Shown here in pieces: positions 63,402-64,000 of a stretch of 64,000 bases of DNA; within the stretch, counting starts at the first letter, position 1, and the number at the start of each line of letters is the position of its first letter. Both the position numbers and the translations under genes were made by a program. The DNA comes from Thecamonas trahens ATCC 50062 (taxonomy: Eukaryota; Protista; Apusomonadida): positions 62,001 through 126,000 of the forward strand of contig NW_013657632.1 in NCBI RefSeq assembly GCF_000142905.1, written 5' to 3'. Under the pieces are notes generated by a model. It saw only the letters and a program-made list of their open reading frames with translations. It did not search any database and was not told the origin of the DNA.

Positions 63402-64000
63402 ATGGCTACGGCAGGTCCGGGGTCAGACGTGCTAGGTCCGGGGTCGGACGTGCTGGCTGCGGGACCTCGGCCCGAGTTGGCAAGCAGTGCTCCAGTGCAG
63501 TTCCAGACTAGAGCTGAAGCTGCTCATCCGTACGTCCGCCAGCTGGTGCGTGGCCGCTTTGCTCCGCCGCCACCACAACGAGTGGACCCTGTCAAGTTTC
63601 GCAAGAAACGCATGGCGCAGATGCGGTCTATGTACCGCACTGGCGCGGCAGCATCGCGGAACTGGGGCGACGCTGGCTCGGCATCGCCGGGCTCCGCCTC
63701 TCCATCGTCGCTGCTATCGCCGTCGCTCTCGCCATCGCTCTCACCGACGTATTCTCCGTCGCACTTGCCTTCGCACATGCTGTTCATCTCGACCTCTGTC
63801 TCTGACAACGACGAGGACTCGTGCTCGGACAGCTGCCCCGAGTCGTCGAGTGGAGTGCTGCCGGTGCCAAGCCTGCCGATGCCGATTCACGCCGGAGTGC
63901 CTCCTGAAGACGATGAGCGCCAGGTGTTTATCACCTCGCTGGAGGAGCGCCGGAGGCGGCTGGGCAAGCCGGAGCGAACCATGTCGTCGCCGCTCATGGC
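63402..64000 (+). CDS. Hypothetical Ser/Pro-rich protein, runs off window end
   Basis: Open frame MATAGPGSDVLGPGSDVLAAG...KFRKKRMAQMRSMY... with no stop before 64000. Confidence 0.5.
   Translation, partial: MATAGPGSDVLGPGSDVLAAGPRPELASSAPVQFQTRAEAAHPYVRQLVRGRFAPPPPQRVDPVKFRKKRMAQMRSMYRTGAAASRNWGDAGSASPGSASPSSLLSPSLSPSLSPTYSPSHLPSHMLFISTSVSDNDEDSCSDSCPESSSGVLPVPSLPMPIHAGVPPEDDERQVFITSLEERRRRLGKPERTMSSPLM

Noticed and set aside
1-64000. Numerous overlapping Arg/Pro/Ala-rich ORFs of 60-470 aa
   Set aside because: Expected shadow frames in high-GC coding DNA; each overlaps a better-supported gene

Overview
Gene-dense, GC-rich nuclear DNA from a flagellated unicellular eukaryote. Gene content, compactness and poly-C/G introns resemble an apusomonad such as Thecamonas, which is an inference. 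About 34 protein-coding genes are supported: m-AAA protease, STK19, RPS18, dynein LC8, F-box/LRR, MLH1, CCT2, QCR9, VPS9D1, bacterial-type glucokinase, STARD3-like, SAXO, CFAP141, ICMT, a formin, START-repeat protein, cyclopropane fatty acid synthase, ABCA, Cu/Zn SOD, WD40 and an amino-acid transporter. Several small spliced genes (LC8, QCR9, CFAP141) and first exons were rebuilt by hand because the ORF track misses them. Main observations: (1) near-strict alternation of gene orientation, with three convergent pairs sharing a CTAG double stop and most others within about 16 nt; (2) unusual fusions: CAP-Gly formin, CFA synthase plus TLC-like domain, SOD plus Cys-less thioredoxin fold, and Ubl-TPR-SGNH; (3) a co-oriented lipid-handling run (4xSTART, CFA synthase, ABCA); (4) a ~17% GC island between a bacterial-type glucokinase and a frameshifted bacterial-type HEXXH peptidase; (5) a GTACG donor and ACTCAC branch intron grammar with ATG-only first exons. 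Single-base frameshifts in MLH1 and SAXO, and a broken START repeat linker, are most likely assembly errors. No rRNA, tRNA, CRISPR array or transposase was recognised.
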